In this document: positions 40,287 to 50,790 of the stretch, one piece after another
Layout: each line of letters begins with the position of its first letter
How positions within the stretch are numbered: the stretch's first letter is position 1
Source: Chloroflexota bacterium
Lineage (GTDB): Bacteria; Chloroflexota; UBA11872; VXOZ01
Assembly (NCBI GenBank): GCA_965221905.1
Contig: OZ244922.1
Span: forward strand, 576,001 to 640,000
DNA: 64,000 nt
Direction: 5' to 3'
Position numbers and translations under genes: made by a program
Notes under the pieces: model-generated
Told to the model about the DNA's origin: nothing
Databases searched by the model: none
Seen by the model: the letters and a program-made list of their open reading frames with translations, nothing else

Positions 40287-41501
40287 ATGCAGCGGAAGCA
40301 ACTCGACGTAGCCTTTATCGGCGGGCCGCAGTACGACGCGCTCTACACACGGTTGCCGCAATTCGAGAAAGAGACCGGCTATACGGTTAACGTCCGCGTG
40401 CAACTGCCGCATCCGGCGCTTAACGCGCACATCGACGAGATGTACTCCACCGGCGCGGCCCGCTACGACGTGATCTCTACCCACGTTAAGTACGCTCCTG
40501 CGCAGCAAGAATGGCTGCTGCCGCTCGATGGGCGGTTTTCCGATAAAGAGCTGTCGGCTTTTTCGCCTGCGCTGCTCAAGCTTGCACGGGTTGATGGCGC
40601 GCTGGTGCAGATACCGCGCAACGTAGACGCCCGCGTTCTTTTCTATCGCAAAGATCTGTTTACGGATTCGGCAGAGCAGGCGCGGTTTCAACGCCAATAC
40701 GGCCGTGCGCTGCGCGTGCCGCAGACGTGGGATGAGGTGCGGGACCTCGCCACCTTCTTCACGCGTCCGCCCGGCATGTTTGGATTTGCCTTCCCCGGTC
40801 ACTCATCGGGCCTGTTCGGCACGTTCTTCGAGTTGGCAGTCATGGCGGGCGGGACTCTTTTCGATGCGCAGCTTAGGCCATCGTTCAATACGCGCGCCGG
40901 TCGCTGGGCGCTCGGATTCCTGGCCGATCTCTACCAGCAGGGGCTGACGCCGCGCGACCTGCAGGCGACCTACTTTGATGAGGTCTCGCAGCTCTTTCGC
41001 GAAGGAACGTGCGCGCTGGTTGCCGATTGGCCCGCTTACTACGGCCTGCTGACAGACCCGCAAACCAGCGCGGTTGCAGACGCGTTCGGCGTGGCGCTCT
41101 ATCCGGTGGGTCCGGCAGGCAAACGCGCCGTGTATGCGGGCGGCCACTCGTTTGCCATCCCCACGTCTGTGAAGGACATGGAGGGCGCACTGACCCTGGT
41201 GCGGTTTCTCACCTCTGCGGAAAGCCAGTACTTGGAGGCACAGGCCGGCGCAGTCGTCCCGAGGAGTGGTGTAATGGCCCGTTTGCGCGCCGAGACGCCC
41301 CCCGGCACGATGCACGCAAAGCGACTGGCACTCCTAGATGAGACGATCCAGCACTATATGCTGACATTTCCGCAATTTGCCGCGTACCCGCAGGTGGAAG
41401 AAGTGTGCGCTGAAATACTGCAAGCGGCAATTCGGGGTCAGGTGATGCTGCCGCGGGCGCTAGAATACCTCGAAGAGCAAGTGCGTGCGCTTCTGAAGTG
41501 A
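40287..41501 (+). CDS. Sugar-binding (SBP_bac_1-like) protein without evident signal peptide
   Basis: FEKETG..V, YRKDLF, PQTWDE, GG.SFAIP; GAGGAGG RBS. Confidence 0.82.
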   Translation: MQRKQLDVAFIGGPQYDALYTRLPQFEKETGYTVNVRVQLPHPALNAHIDEMYSTGAARYDVISTHVKYAPAQQEWLLPLDGRFSDKELSAFSPALLKLARVDGALVQIPRNVDARVLFYRKDLFTDSAEQARFQRQYGRALRVPQTWDEVRDLATFFTRPPGMFGFAFPGHSSGLFGTFFELAVMAGGTLFDAQLRPSFNTRAGRWALGFLADLYQQGLTPRDLQATYFDEVSQLFREGTCALVADWPAYYGLLTDPQTSAVADAFGVALYPVGPAGKRAVYAGGHSFAIPTSVKDMEGALTLVRFLTSAESQYLEAQAGAVVPRSGVMARLRAETPPGTMHAKRLALLDETIQHYMLTFPQFAAYPQVEEVCAEILQAAIRGQVMLPRALEYLEEQVRALLK

Positions 41502-41569
41502 CAGTCAGGTGGGCGTGGTATCATGGCAGCGCGGTCGTGGTATTGTGCGAGGCGGCGCCGGCGCGCTTT

Positions 41570-41733
41570 GTCATTCCGAGCGAAGCGAGGAATCTAGAGG
41601 CAAACGTCTTGCTACTTAGTCACAATTTTCCTCCAGACACGCGCCAATAGTAGTATGCGGAGGCCTATCCTCCCTGGCAATCGAAGGCCTGGGGCACAGA
41701 GAAGATGGATTCCGGCTTTCGCCGGAATGACGG
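41570..41733. repeat. Inverted pair of GTCATTCC/GGAATGAC REP elements
   Basis: GTCATTCCGAGCGAAGCGAGGAATCT and GGATTCCGGCTTTCGCCGGAATGACGG. Confidence 0.75.
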
Positions 41734-41812
41734 TATTATTTGATATTGACAGTTTGATTCAACTGGAACTTGAGATAAAGTGAGCGGGTAGTCTTGGAAG
41801 AAAGGTATTGCC

Positions 41813-42664
41813 ATGGCTGATATCAAGGTTGGCGTGCGGCTTATCTGCTTGCGTACGCCCGGTCCGGAAGGGCTGGAGACGGCGGCGCAGATTGGCGCTG
41901 ACAGCGTTCAGTTGACCGTAGGGCAAGGGGAGTACGCGCCGGAAGGGATCACGGCGGCCGGTATTAGGGAACTGCAGCAGCGCGTGCAAGACTTGGGCAT
42001 GGTGATCTCGGCCACAGACGGCGGTTTGGACGATTTCGGCGACGCCGAAACGGTCGCGGAACAGGTCGCCCGCACCAAACATCTCCTCGACCATACTCGC
42101 GATCTTGGCGCGCCGGCGCTCACCAGCCACATCGGCATCGTTCCCAAGGATGCCAGTGCCCCCCGACGCCAGGTTTTTCACGAAGCAATGGAGCAGATTG
42201 GGAAGTACGCCGAGGAAATAGGCATGTACTTCGGCATCGAGACCGGCCCGGAGCCGGCCACCGTGCTGCTGGAGCTTATAGAGTCTATCGATACCGACGG
42301 CATCAAGATCAATCTGGACCCGGCCAACTTCATCACGTGGGCGGCGCGCATCGCCAAACAGGAGGGACGCCCCTACGATCGCGCGGCGGCGTTTGCCGAG
42401 TCCGACCCCCACGAAGCGGTCTACATCCTGCGGGACCACATTATACATACTCACATCAAGGATTCCGCTGTGGAGGACGATTCCGGCCGCCATGAGACGC
42501 CGGTGGGTCAAGGCTGGATCGAGTGGCCGCGCTACCTCAAGTCGTACCAGGACATCGGATTCACGGGCTACCACTGCATTGAGCGCGAGGCGGGAGAGAA
42601 CCGCGTGGCGGAAACCCGCGACGCCATTGCCTTCGTGCGCGAGATCGCGCAGCAGTTGGATTAG
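41813..42664 (+). CDS. Sugar phosphate isomerase/epimerase (xylose isomerase-like TIM barrel)
   Basis: IETGPE, NLDPAN, HTHIKD, G.G.I.W, IERE. Confidence 0.9.
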   Translation: MADIKVGVRLICLRTPGPEGLETAAQIGADSVQLTVGQGEYAPEGITAAGIRELQQRVQDLGMVISATDGGLDDFGDAETVAEQVARTKHLLDHTRDLGAPALTSHIGIVPKDASAPRRQVFHEAMEQIGKYAEEIGMYFGIETGPEPATVLLELIESIDTDGIKINLDPANFITWAARIAKQEGRPYDRAAAFAESDPHEAVYILRDHIIHTHIKDSAVEDDSGRHETPVGQGWIEWPRYLKSYQDIGFTGYHCIEREAGENRVAETRDAIAFVREIAQQLD

Positions 42665-42676
42665 CAGTTGCGTTGA

Positions 42677-44170
42677 ATGGACGTACTCACGGCCATATTG
42701 GTACTGGGTGGCGCTGCCGGGCTAACGATGCTGCTGAGTGCGGTCTTGGGTCGCCTCTTGCCGCAGTTCACTTCCCGTCACGTCAAGCCGGTCGTGCAGA
42801 GCAAAGACCATGAAGACTTGCCGAGCCTGCGCCTGCCCAACGTCGGTGGTATGGCGCTAGTCATTGTGCTCTGGTGTCTTGGCGGAGTCTGGTGGGTAGT
42901 ATGGCCTCAGACGGGTACGATTCTCCTGCTGCTCATAGCGCTTACCACGCTCTTCTTTGCGCTCGGCTTCATCGATGATTGGTTAAAGTGGCGGCGGGGC
43001 ACCGGCATCGGTGAGCGCACGTATTTGCTCGGTCACGCCTTCATGGCGCTCGCCACTGTGGCGTCACTGTATTGGCTGGTAGGAGACTTTGCGCAGTCGG
43101 CAATACAGGGAGGCCGCGTGTTGCAGGCCCTCAACGTCGTCGGCAGCATTGGACTTGGACTGACTCTCTTCTGGCTCTTCTTGCTCACCTTCGGTACGGC
43201 GTTTTCGGTCGCCGTGAGTGACGGCATCGACGGCCTGACCGCCGGCATGGCGAGTATAGCCGGTGGCGGCATGCTTCTATCACTCATAGTCCGTGAGGCA
43301 AACAGTGAATTAATTGCATTTGGGGCCGCTCTCCTGGGTGTGTGCATTGGGCTGCTCCTCTTCAATCAGCCTTCGGACTGGTCTTCCACGGGTAGCGTAA
43401 AGCGACGCTCGCGCATCTATCTGGGCGATAGCGGCGCCGTGGCGTTGGGCGGGGCTTTCGCGGCGCTGGCGCTCTATAGCGGTGCGGACGCCGTATGGCT
43501 TTTCGTCGGCGGCGTTTTCCTGCTGGACGGCGGTTCCGGCTTCCTGCAAGCTAAAATCGTGACACCGTTCTGCCGCCACTTCGTCCGCTTGCGGCGCTAC
43601 GCCAAGACACCGCACTTCGTGCCCCATACGGAGTTTCCACTGCCGTTTACGGCCACGCCGCTGCACCACCACTTCGAGATGCTCGGCATCGGCCGGCTCA
43701 GTGTGGTGTGGCTCTTCTGGTCGTGCAGCGTCTTGGCGGCAATCAGCGGCATCATAGTAGCGGCATTTCCGCGGTTTCACGTTGTAACGGTTGGGAGCGC
43801 GTTGCTATTCTACGCAGTATTAATTGGCGGCGCAATGTGGATGACGGGGCGCTTTCTCGGTGCGATGGAAGGGGCGAATGGTACTGCGGTGCTGACGGTC
43901 TGCGCCGGCAGGCCTTACACATTGTTTGGTCGTCACCTGTATCGTGTCGTCGAACTTACCGCTACGTCTCTACCGTCTCCAAGAGACCAGCAAATGATCG
44001 CTCTTTGGCAGCCGTGCAACCGCTGGGACGTGCTGGCAAACCTCGCCTACGTCCAAGCCCTCGCGGGAGACCGGAAGACAGCCCAAGAGACGTGGCAGCG
44101 CATCCCTGAGGCGAACCGTAGATTGCGCCCTGATCACCCGGTTGTGGCAACGCTGGGCAATTTAACGTAG
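42677..44170 (+). CDS. MraY/WecA-like (glycosyltransferase family 4) polyprenyl-phosphate sugar-1-phosphate transferase, divergent
   Basis: PNVGG, GFIDD, SDGIDGL, YLGDSG, PLHHHFE motifs. Confidence 0.82.
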   Translation: MDVLTAILVLGGAAGLTMLLSAVLGRLLPQFTSRHVKPVVQSKDHEDLPSLRLPNVGGMALVIVLWCLGGVWWVVWPQTGTILLLLIALTTLFFALGFIDDWLKWRRGTGIGERTYLLGHAFMALATVASLYWLVGDFAQSAIQGGRVLQALNVVGSIGLGLTLFWLFLLTFGTAFSVAVSDGIDGLTAGMASIAGGGMLLSLIVREANSELIAFGAALLGVCIGLLLFNQPSDWSSTGSVKRRSRIYLGDSGAVALGGAFAALALYSGADAVWLFVGGVFLLDGGSGFLQAKIVTPFCRHFVRLRRYAKTPHFVPHTEFPLPFTATPLHHHFEMLGIGRLSVVWLFWSCSVLAAISGIIVAAFPRFHVVTVGSALLFYAVLIGGAMWMTGRFLGAMEGANGTAVLTVCAGRPYTLFGRHLYRVVELTATSLPSPRDQQMIALWQPCNRWDVLANLAYVQALAGDRKTAQETWQRIPEANRRLRPDHPVVATLGNLT

Positions 44171-44474
44171 AGCGGGGGCTTGTCCCCCGCCTCTTGCCAC
44201 AGCAAATGAACGCATTCTGACCTACTGCTCGAATTCTTCGTCGGCGGGGCGTGTCCTGTGTTCGCCAAAGGGCTTCTCAGAATAATGATTGAGGAGTTTG
44301 GGGCACGTGTGGGATCATAGTACGTATCACAAGTCCGTACCTCCAAAGCTCCAGGCTGCGTATTCCATTCAGCATTGGCAGCGCAATGGACCCAATTTGC
44401 CCGTAGAGAAGAGTCTCCCGTTCCATTGCGCCCATCTTCGCGGCGTGGTCTTATAGGAACAGGGGCAAATTCGC

Positions 44475-45920
44475 ATGATCAGCGCCGTGACCGACAGGAC
44501 GATTTCGCCGCGAATCCAGCAACTGCCGAAGGCCATCGAGCCGCATGCGGTGGCGTCTGCGTTTGCCCATTTGCCGGGATTGGCGCTCTTGGAGAGCAGC
44601 CAGCCGGGAGCGCTCGGACGGAATTCCTACCTCACCGCCGATCCGTTTCTGCGCGTTGAGAGCGTCGGCGACCGGATTACCTTGCAGTGGCGGGACTGCA
44701 GTCCGCAAAGCGAAGTACGGTATGGTCAGCCGTTCGCGGTGCTGCGTACGCTGCTGGCGGAATATGCGGCGACGCCCACACTGGAAGGTCCGCCCTTTCA
44801 AGGCGGTGCAGTGGGCGCATTTGCCTATGATCTGGGGCGTCAGCTTGAAGAGCTGCCGTCGCAGGCCCGCAATGACGTGCCTACCCCTGAGTTGAGCTTG
44901 GGATTTTACGATTGGGTACTGGCGCACGACCACCAAACGGGAACTTCCTGGCTGGTGACCACCGGCCTGCCCGACCGCACGGAAGAGTGCGCCTTGGCAC
45001 GGCAGGCACAGGTCATAGAAATACTCACAGCTTGGCAGGCGCGCAGCGGCGACCGGGAACATGCCGCCGGACGCTTTCGCCTGACCACTCCCTTAGAATC
45101 GAACATGACCCGCGAGCAGTACCTTGCCATGGTGCGGCGGGCGCAGGATTATATCGCGGCCGGCGACGTCTACCAGGTGAACCTCTCGCAGCGGTTTGCC
45201 GCCGGATGGGAGGGATCGCCGTGGGCACTCTACCGGAGCCTACAGCGAGAGAGTCCGGTGCCGTTTGGGGCCTTTCTCGATCTCGGCGATAGCTGGGTAG
45301 TTTCAGCTTCCCCGGAACGATTCTTGCACGTGCGCAATGGGGTTGTAGAATCGCGACCGATTAAGGGCACGCGGCCGCGCGGGGACACTCCGGCGTTGGA
45401 CTCCGCGCTGGCGGACGAGCTGCGCACGAGCGAGAAGGACCGCGCTGAGAACCTCATGATCGTGGACCTGCTGCGCAACGACTTGGGCAAGGTCTGTCAG
45501 CTTGGCTCAGTGCGTGTGCCCGCGCTGTGGCAAATAGAGGGCTATAGCAACGTCTGGCAGCTTGTCAGCGCGGTTACGGGCGAGTTGCGTCCCGGAGCCG
45601 ATGCCGTTGCGGTGCTTGAAGCTGCTTTTCCCGGCGGCTCCGTAACCGGCTGTCCCAAGATTCGGGCGATGGAGATCATCGAGGAGTTGGAACCGGTGCG
45701 GCGGGGCTTCTACTGCGGCGCGATTGGCTATCTTGGCTTTGATGGCTCGATGGATACGAGCATTGTGATCCGTACGGTGGTGCTGACGCGCGACCGGCTC
45801 TACTTACAAGTAGGCGGCGCAGTGGTGGCGGATTCCGATCCCCAAGCGGAGTATGAAGAGACTCTCGTGAAAGCCCAAGCCGCGCGGCATGTGCTGGAGG
45901 GAACGGACCCGCAGCAGTGA
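44475..45920 (+). CDS. pabB: Aminodeoxychorismate synthase component I
   Basis: LLES, GDVYQVNL, SASPERF, RPIKGT, KDRAENLMIVDLLRND, FPGGSVTGCPK. Confidence 0.92.
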   Translation: MISAVTDRTISPRIQQLPKAIEPHAVASAFAHLPGLALLESSQPGALGRNSYLTADPFLRVESVGDRITLQWRDCSPQSEVRYGQPFAVLRTLLAEYAATPTLEGPPFQGGAVGAFAYDLGRQLEELPSQARNDVPTPELSLGFYDWVLAHDHQTGTSWLVTTGLPDRTEECALARQAQVIEILTAWQARSGDREHAAGRFRLTTPLESNMTREQYLAMVRRAQDYIAAGDVYQVNLSQRFAAGWEGSPWALYRSLQRESPVPFGAFLDLGDSWVVSASPERFLHVRNGVVESRPIKGTRPRGDTPALDSALADELRTSEKDRAENLMIVDLLRNDLGKVCQLGSVRVPALWQIEGYSNVWQLVSAVTGELRPGADAVAVLEAAFPGGSVTGCPKIRAMEIIEELEPVRRGFYCGAIGYLGFDGSMDTSIVIRTVVLTRDRLYLQVGGAVVADSDPQAEYEETLVKAQAARHVLEGTDPQQ

Positions 45921-45941
45921 AGCCCAGCACGCTATGGTTGT

Positions 45942-46850
45942 GTGCATTATGTGCGGGAGGAACGGCATATCGGCAGCAAAGCCATCTGCTATGTAGACGG
46001 GCAACTCGTACCGGAGAGCGCGGGCGTAATCTCTGTTCGCGATCGTGGGTTGCTGCTCGGCGACGGGCTGTTCGAGACGATGCGTGTCGTGGGAGGCCGC
46101 GTACTCCAATGGCAGCGGCATTGGGAGCGCCTGCACAATGGGGCGGGCGTGATCCGTCTGACGTTGCAGTGGACGGCGGACGAACTGCATGAAGCGGTGA
46201 GACGCACTCTCCGCGCCAACGAATTGCGCGAGGCAACCGTCCGACTCACCGTGACGCGGGGAAGCAGCGCCGCGCGCGGCCTGCTGCCGCCTGCCGACGC
46301 GCTGCCGATGCTTCTCATCCGCGCGACGCCGTTTGTGCCCTACCCGGACCGCCTCTATCGAAACGGCATGCAGGTGTTCGTCAGCCGAACTGTCCGCCGT
46401 AACGAGTACTCACCGCTCTCCCGTGTAAAGTCGCTGAACTATCTCGACAACGTTGTAGCCCGCCAAGAAGCGGCGGAAAGAGGGGCTGATGAGGCACTGC
46501 TGCTCAATACGCAAGGCCATGTAGCGTGCGCGACCACAGCAAACATATTCAGTGTGCACGCAGGCCGCTTGCTCACGCCGCCGTTGGAAGCCGGTGCGCT
46601 GCCGGGAACCGTGCGGGCGCTCATTATCGAAGAACTCGCGCAAGAAGCCAATTGCCTCGTTGGCATCACACATCTCCGCGAGGAGGCACTACGTGACGCC
46701 GACGAGCTTTTCCTCACAAACGCGCTCATGGGCATCATGCCGGTGACAACTCTAGACGGTCAGCCTATCGGCGACGGCAAACCCGGGCCGCTCACACAAG
46801 GACTCCGCACCGCGTACGAGAAGTGGTTGTTGTCGGCTGGGGAGCGGTAG
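45942..46850 (+). CDS. Class IV aminotransferase, probably 4-amino-4-deoxychorismate lyase
   Basis: DRGLLLGDGLFETMR, KSLNY, LPGTVR, FLTNA; directly after pabB. Confidence 0.88.
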   Translation: MHYVREERHIGSKAICYVDGQLVPESAGVISVRDRGLLLGDGLFETMRVVGGRVLQWQRHWERLHNGAGVIRLTLQWTADELHEAVRRTLRANELREATVRLTVTRGSSAARGLLPPADALPMLLIRATPFVPYPDRLYRNGMQVFVSRTVRRNEYSPLSRVKSLNYLDNVVARQEAAERGADEALLLNTQGHVACATTANIFSVHAGRLLTPPLEAGALPGTVRALIIEELAQEANCLVGITHLREEALRDADELFLTNALMGIMPVTTLDGQPIGDGKPGPLTQGLRTAYEKWLLSAGER

Positions 46851-47004
46851 CCTGAGATGAGGACCGAAATCGCTTGCCGGGAATGTTTAGACAGATTTCC
46901 CGGTTCCTACGTGCGCTCCAGTTAGCAGGAGACACTCACTGTTCTTGCCGAAGGGGTGACGGGCTGCCGTCAGCAGGCGAGCAAGGAATTGCCTGTGCGG
47001 GTCT

Positions 47005-47052
47005 AAGAAAAACATAGGGAGGAGGGTGACAACCTTGTCAACCTCCTCCCTA
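47005..47052 (-). terminator. Intrinsic terminator downstream of the dksA-like gene
   Basis: TAGGGAGGAGG/CCTCCTCCCTA stem followed on the minus strand by TGTTTTTCTT. Confidence 0.75.
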
Positions 47053-47124
47053 CGGAGTGAGAGGGTAAGAGACAGCAGGTAGAATTCTGCTTAGTACGCT
47101 GAGCAATCAGCGTGCGCCGACTGC

Positions 47125-47511
47125 TCAGCGAGCGCCGAACCAGGCGCGTTCGCGTCGGGCCTGGCACGCCACGCAGAGCGTGGCTTCCGGCACAAACTCA
47201 AGACGTTCTGCAGAGATACCCTCCCCGCAGTCTTCGCAGACCCCATAGGTGCCTGCTTCGGCTTTCTGCCAGGCCTGATCGAAGGCTCTCAGATCACGTC
47301 GTAAGACATCCAGCACTGCTTCACGATCCTCTTGGATGGCGACGTCCTGCGCCAGGTCCACGAAGTCGTCGTCGTTAGCCGAACCATCGGTCCCACGCGC
47401 ACGTTCCTGCAAATCGGTCGCTACTGAGTTTGCGAGGAGCGCTGCCAAGGCATCTCTTGCCTCTTGCAACCGCTGCACGCGGTCGACTCGTTGTTCTAGC
47501 TCTCTGGCCAT
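47125..47511 (-). CDS. DksA/TraR C4 zinc-finger protein
   Basis: DFVDLA (DxxDxA tip), GTYGVCEDCG..I..ERL...P....CVAC; AAGGAGG RBS. Confidence 0.9.
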   Translation of the reverse strand: MARELEQRVDRVQRLQEARDALAALLANSVATDLQERARGTDGSANDDDFVDLAQDVAIQEDREAVLDVLRRDLRAFDQAWQKAEAGTYGVCEDCGEGISAERLEFVPEATLCVACQARRERAWFGAR

Positions 47512-47685
47512 GGGTTGTACCTCCTTCACCGCACTTTGTCCGCCACATTGGCGGGGCCGGTGCCGTGCCATGATGTGGGCTGGGTGGGCGCGCAGTGTAA
47601 CTTCTTTGTTACGTCTCATCGGCCCACCGGGTTGCAACGAGCTATTTCTGCCAGCATACCACCGGATATAAAGACTGTGAAGCGA

Positions 47686-47736
47686 TTCTAAGGAACTTCT
47701 TAGGATATTTGCCAATTATTAAGGATATTCTAAGAA
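47686..47736. promoter_or_regulatory. Candidate regulator-binding direct repeats
   Basis: TTCTAAGGA/TTCTTAGGA and TATTAAGGA/TTCTAAGAA, each pair with 11-bp period, in an AT-rich divergent intergenic region. Confidence 0.45.
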
Positions 47737-48015
47737 ACAAGCTTCTATTCTAATAACTATAGTCTTTATAGTATAGGCTGAAGGGCAATAAATCGAGAGA
47801 TTCTATTAGGTTCCCGCTACAAGGGTTGCAGTCTCAGTGAAGAAGGCTTAAGAATAGTTATGCTCGGCAGTGCTCTTAGTTAGCGCAGTTTGTACCTCGC
47901 GGTCCCCGCCGAGGACACGAAGCAGCGCTAGCAGTGTACTATATGCAATGCCGTTTGGCAGTGCAAGACGCAACGTGGCACAATTACCAACACTATCTGC
48001 GGAGTACCTATTCTG

Positions 48016-49074
48016 ATGAAGATGTATACGCTAGCGGTAGCCGGTCTCGGTTCCTTTACGCAACGTGTCCTGCTGCCCGGCCTGCTTGCCTGTGACCGTG
48101 TGCGCGTGGTTGGCGCGTTTACGCGGAGTCAAGAGCGTGCTGCAGAGATGCAGTCTCAGCACTCCGATCTGCCGATCTTTACGGACTACACGCAATTGCT
48201 GGACGCCGCCGCGCCGGAAATCGTATTGATCGGCACGCCTAATGCCTCGCACGCGTCCATGACGATTGAGGCCGCCCAACGCGGCTGCCACGTCATTTGC
48301 GAGAAACCCCTTGCGCCGACATTGCAGGGAGCCGAGGCGATGGCGGCTGCTGTACAGGATGCGGGCATCCGCACTGCCGTCAACTTCACCTTTCGCTCCA
48401 TAGGCGCCGCACGCTACGCCAAGCACCTTTTGGATGAGGGGCGCTTGGGGCGCATCACACACGTAGTTCTCTTATACTTGCAGGACATTCGTCAGGGCGC
48501 GGATCGCCCCAAAGTGTGGCGCATGGATGGTGAAATAGCTGGCGCCGGCGCGCTGGGCGACCTAGGCAGCCACGCCATCGATTTGGTGCGGTGGTGGTGC
48601 GGTGACTTTGCCACGGTTACGGGACACACCTACACACACAACGTGGAGCGGCAGGGGGGTGCGGTCACCAACGACGATACCGCAGTCTTGCTCGCGCGGC
48701 TTACGTCCGGTTTACCGGTGACGCTGCATATCAGTCAGGCGGCCGCGGGGCGCTCCAACTCGTTGCGCGTAGAGGTTTACGGGGAAGCAGCAAGCCTCGT
48801 CTTCACTACAGAGCGCGGCACGGAGCCCACAGTGCAGATCGCCAGCCCCGGTGAGATTGGCTTTACGCAGTTGCCGATTCCCGATGAGTTTACGGTCGCG
48901 TATGAGGCATTTCCAGCATACTGCGCCGGTCGGCTAGTGAACACTATTCTCGGTACGGACTTCGTTGCGGACTTTGCCGACGGCCTCGCGGCCCAGCGGG
49001 TGATCGATGCAGTCCAACGAGCTGCGGCGAATAGCATCTGGGTACCGCTTCCACGCGTCGAAAAGACAACGTAG
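48016..49074 (+). CDS. Gfo/Idh/MocA oxidoreductase
   Basis: GLG, TPNASH, CEKPLA, GALGDLGSHAID. Confidence 0.93.
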   Translation: MKMYTLAVAGLGSFTQRVLLPGLLACDRVRVVGAFTRSQERAAEMQSQHSDLPIFTDYTQLLDAAAPEIVLIGTPNASHASMTIEAAQRGCHVICEKPLAPTLQGAEAMAAAVQDAGIRTAVNFTFRSIGAARYAKHLLDEGRLGRITHVVLLYLQDIRQGADRPKVWRMDGEIAGAGALGDLGSHAIDLVRWWCGDFATVTGHTYTHNVERQGGAVTNDDTAVLLARLTSGLPVTLHISQAAAGRSNSLRVEVYGEAASLVFTTERGTEPTVQIASPGEIGFTQLPIPDEFTVAYEAFPAYCAGRLVNTILGTDFVADFADGLAAQRVIDAVQRAAANSIWVPLPRVEKTT

Positions 49075-49138
49075 GCTGCTCATCGGTGAGGCTTCAGTCT
49101 CGGACGGTGGAGTGCCTTCGGGAGATACGCTCGCGGCA

Positions 49139-50263
49139 CTAATTGGGCCCATCGTTCTGCGGCGGCGGATCCTCATCTCCATCATCTAATGGTTCATCCT
49201 CTGTCTCCAATTGAGCGATGAGCCACGGCACGAAGAGGCGCATCACCAGCACCTGCATCGCTGCCACGAGGGGCACGGCAATCACGATGCCAAGTATTCC
49301 ATACAGCACGCCTCCTGCCAGCACGCCAACCATTACGAGGATGGGATGCAGGCCAACGGCGCGTTCCATAATCTTGGGTACAAGTATGTTGTTCTCTAAC
49401 TGTTGAATGACCACGTACAGGATCGCCGTGGCCAACGCGAGCCACGGTGAGTCGGTAAACGCCACGAGTATCGCCGGTATGGCTCCAAGAAACGGCCCGA
49501 TTATTGGGATGATTTCCATAAGACTGGCCCAGGTCGCCAGGGCAACCGGATAGGGAATTCCCAACGCAAAGAGGCCGATGAACGTCACCGTGCCGATAAA
49601 GGCCATGAGGATGATCTGGCCGCGCACCCAGCCCCCGGCACGTTGCGAGAGTTCGGCGGCAAGGCTGCGGACCGCCTCCGCGCGTTTTGGCGGCAAGAGC
49701 GCGATCACGGAACTATTCAGCCTTTCAGTGGCGCTCATCCAGAAGAAGCCAATTACGAGCACAGAGACTACGCCGAACAAGAACCCCAGAACCTGGAACG
49801 GTACGGCAGCCAAGGTACCGACGAGCTGCGTCATGGTTGTGGTAAGGTTCGTGCCAAGGTCGCGCAACTGGTCGTCGTCGAAGCCCAGCTCTACTGATGT
49901 CTCGTAGAGTCGCGGTAACTCTGCTTTAACCCTTTCAATTAGAATTGGCGTCAATTCGTCGAAGCCACGGACCTGCACCACCAGCGGTGGGACAATGAGC
50001 AGACCAACGCCCGTTAGAACGAGGGCCAGCAGCAGATAGACGATCATTACGGCGACGCCGCGGGGTATCTTCCAAGTTTGTAGCTTATTGGCGATGGGCC
50101 GTATTGACTCCGCCAGGAGGATGCCGAGGAAGAGCAGCACCAGCACGCTCACGATGCGCGTGGCAATGATGCCGATGAAGAGCACAAGCAAAACCACGCC
50201 CGCACCGAGCAGAAAGCTCATGGGCGTGATTCTAATTATGCGTGGTTCAGGAAGGTTGTCCAT
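49139..50263 (-). CDS. AI-2E (PerM) family transporter
   Basis: RGQ, IPIIGP, QQLENNILVPKIM...VGLHP, AVP. Confidence 0.92.
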   Translation of the reverse strand: MDNLPEPRIIRITPMSFLLGAGVVLLVLFIGIIATRIVSVLVLLFLGILLAESIRPIANKLQTWKIPRGVAVMIVYLLLALVLTGVGLLIVPPLVVQVRGFDELTPILIERVKAELPRLYETSVELGFDDDQLRDLGTNLTTTMTQLVGTLAAVPFQVLGFLFGVVSVLVIGFFWMSATERLNSSVIALLPPKRAEAVRSLAAELSQRAGGWVRGQIILMAFIGTVTFIGLFALGIPYPVALATWASLMEIIPIIGPFLGAIPAILVAFTDSPWLALATAILYVVIQQLENNILVPKIMERAVGLHPILVMVGVLAGGVLYGILGIVIAVPLVAAMQVLVMRLFVPWLIAQLETEDEPLDDGDEDPPPQNDGPN

Positions 50264-50790
50264 AGAAATACCGGATTCCAGAGTAGCACGCCGCTCATCT
50301 CAATGGCAATTGATTGCATGCATGGCCGTAAGCTATCCGATCAGAGGGATCGTGTGAGTCGGCATGGCTGCAATCCACTTGGCGCAGTATCTCCGTATTT
50401 CGTCTGCCCTTCAGATCACGGGCACACTCCTTAGCTTGCGATAGTGAGCAAACCACTCCCTCCGCCTGCGCGCTCCAGCGGGTTGCCACTGGCACGGAAT
50501 TCGGGATTGTGGCGAAAACAATACATATGTGCTGACTTTAAAGTATTATAGAAAACGCAAGTATAACAGCGAGAGAAAGTAGAGTCGCATCCAATCTGCG
50601 CTAAGGTATGGTGAAGTGAAGCGCCGGAGCTGCGAAGAATTGGGTCTCTGCATCCGGGCAGCTCTTTACGCATAGGCGAAAACGCTCGGCCCACACAACC
50701 AAGCAGTGGGCGCATTGCGAACCTCCGTGTTTGCGCCGATGTAGGGCGATTCCTTACGGTGGCCGGGCGCAACGTGCTAGGTGCATGTGC

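Noticed and set aside
50264-50790. Long intergenic region as an RNA gene
   Set aside because: No tRNA, tmRNA, RNase P, SRP or riboswitch signature recognised by eye
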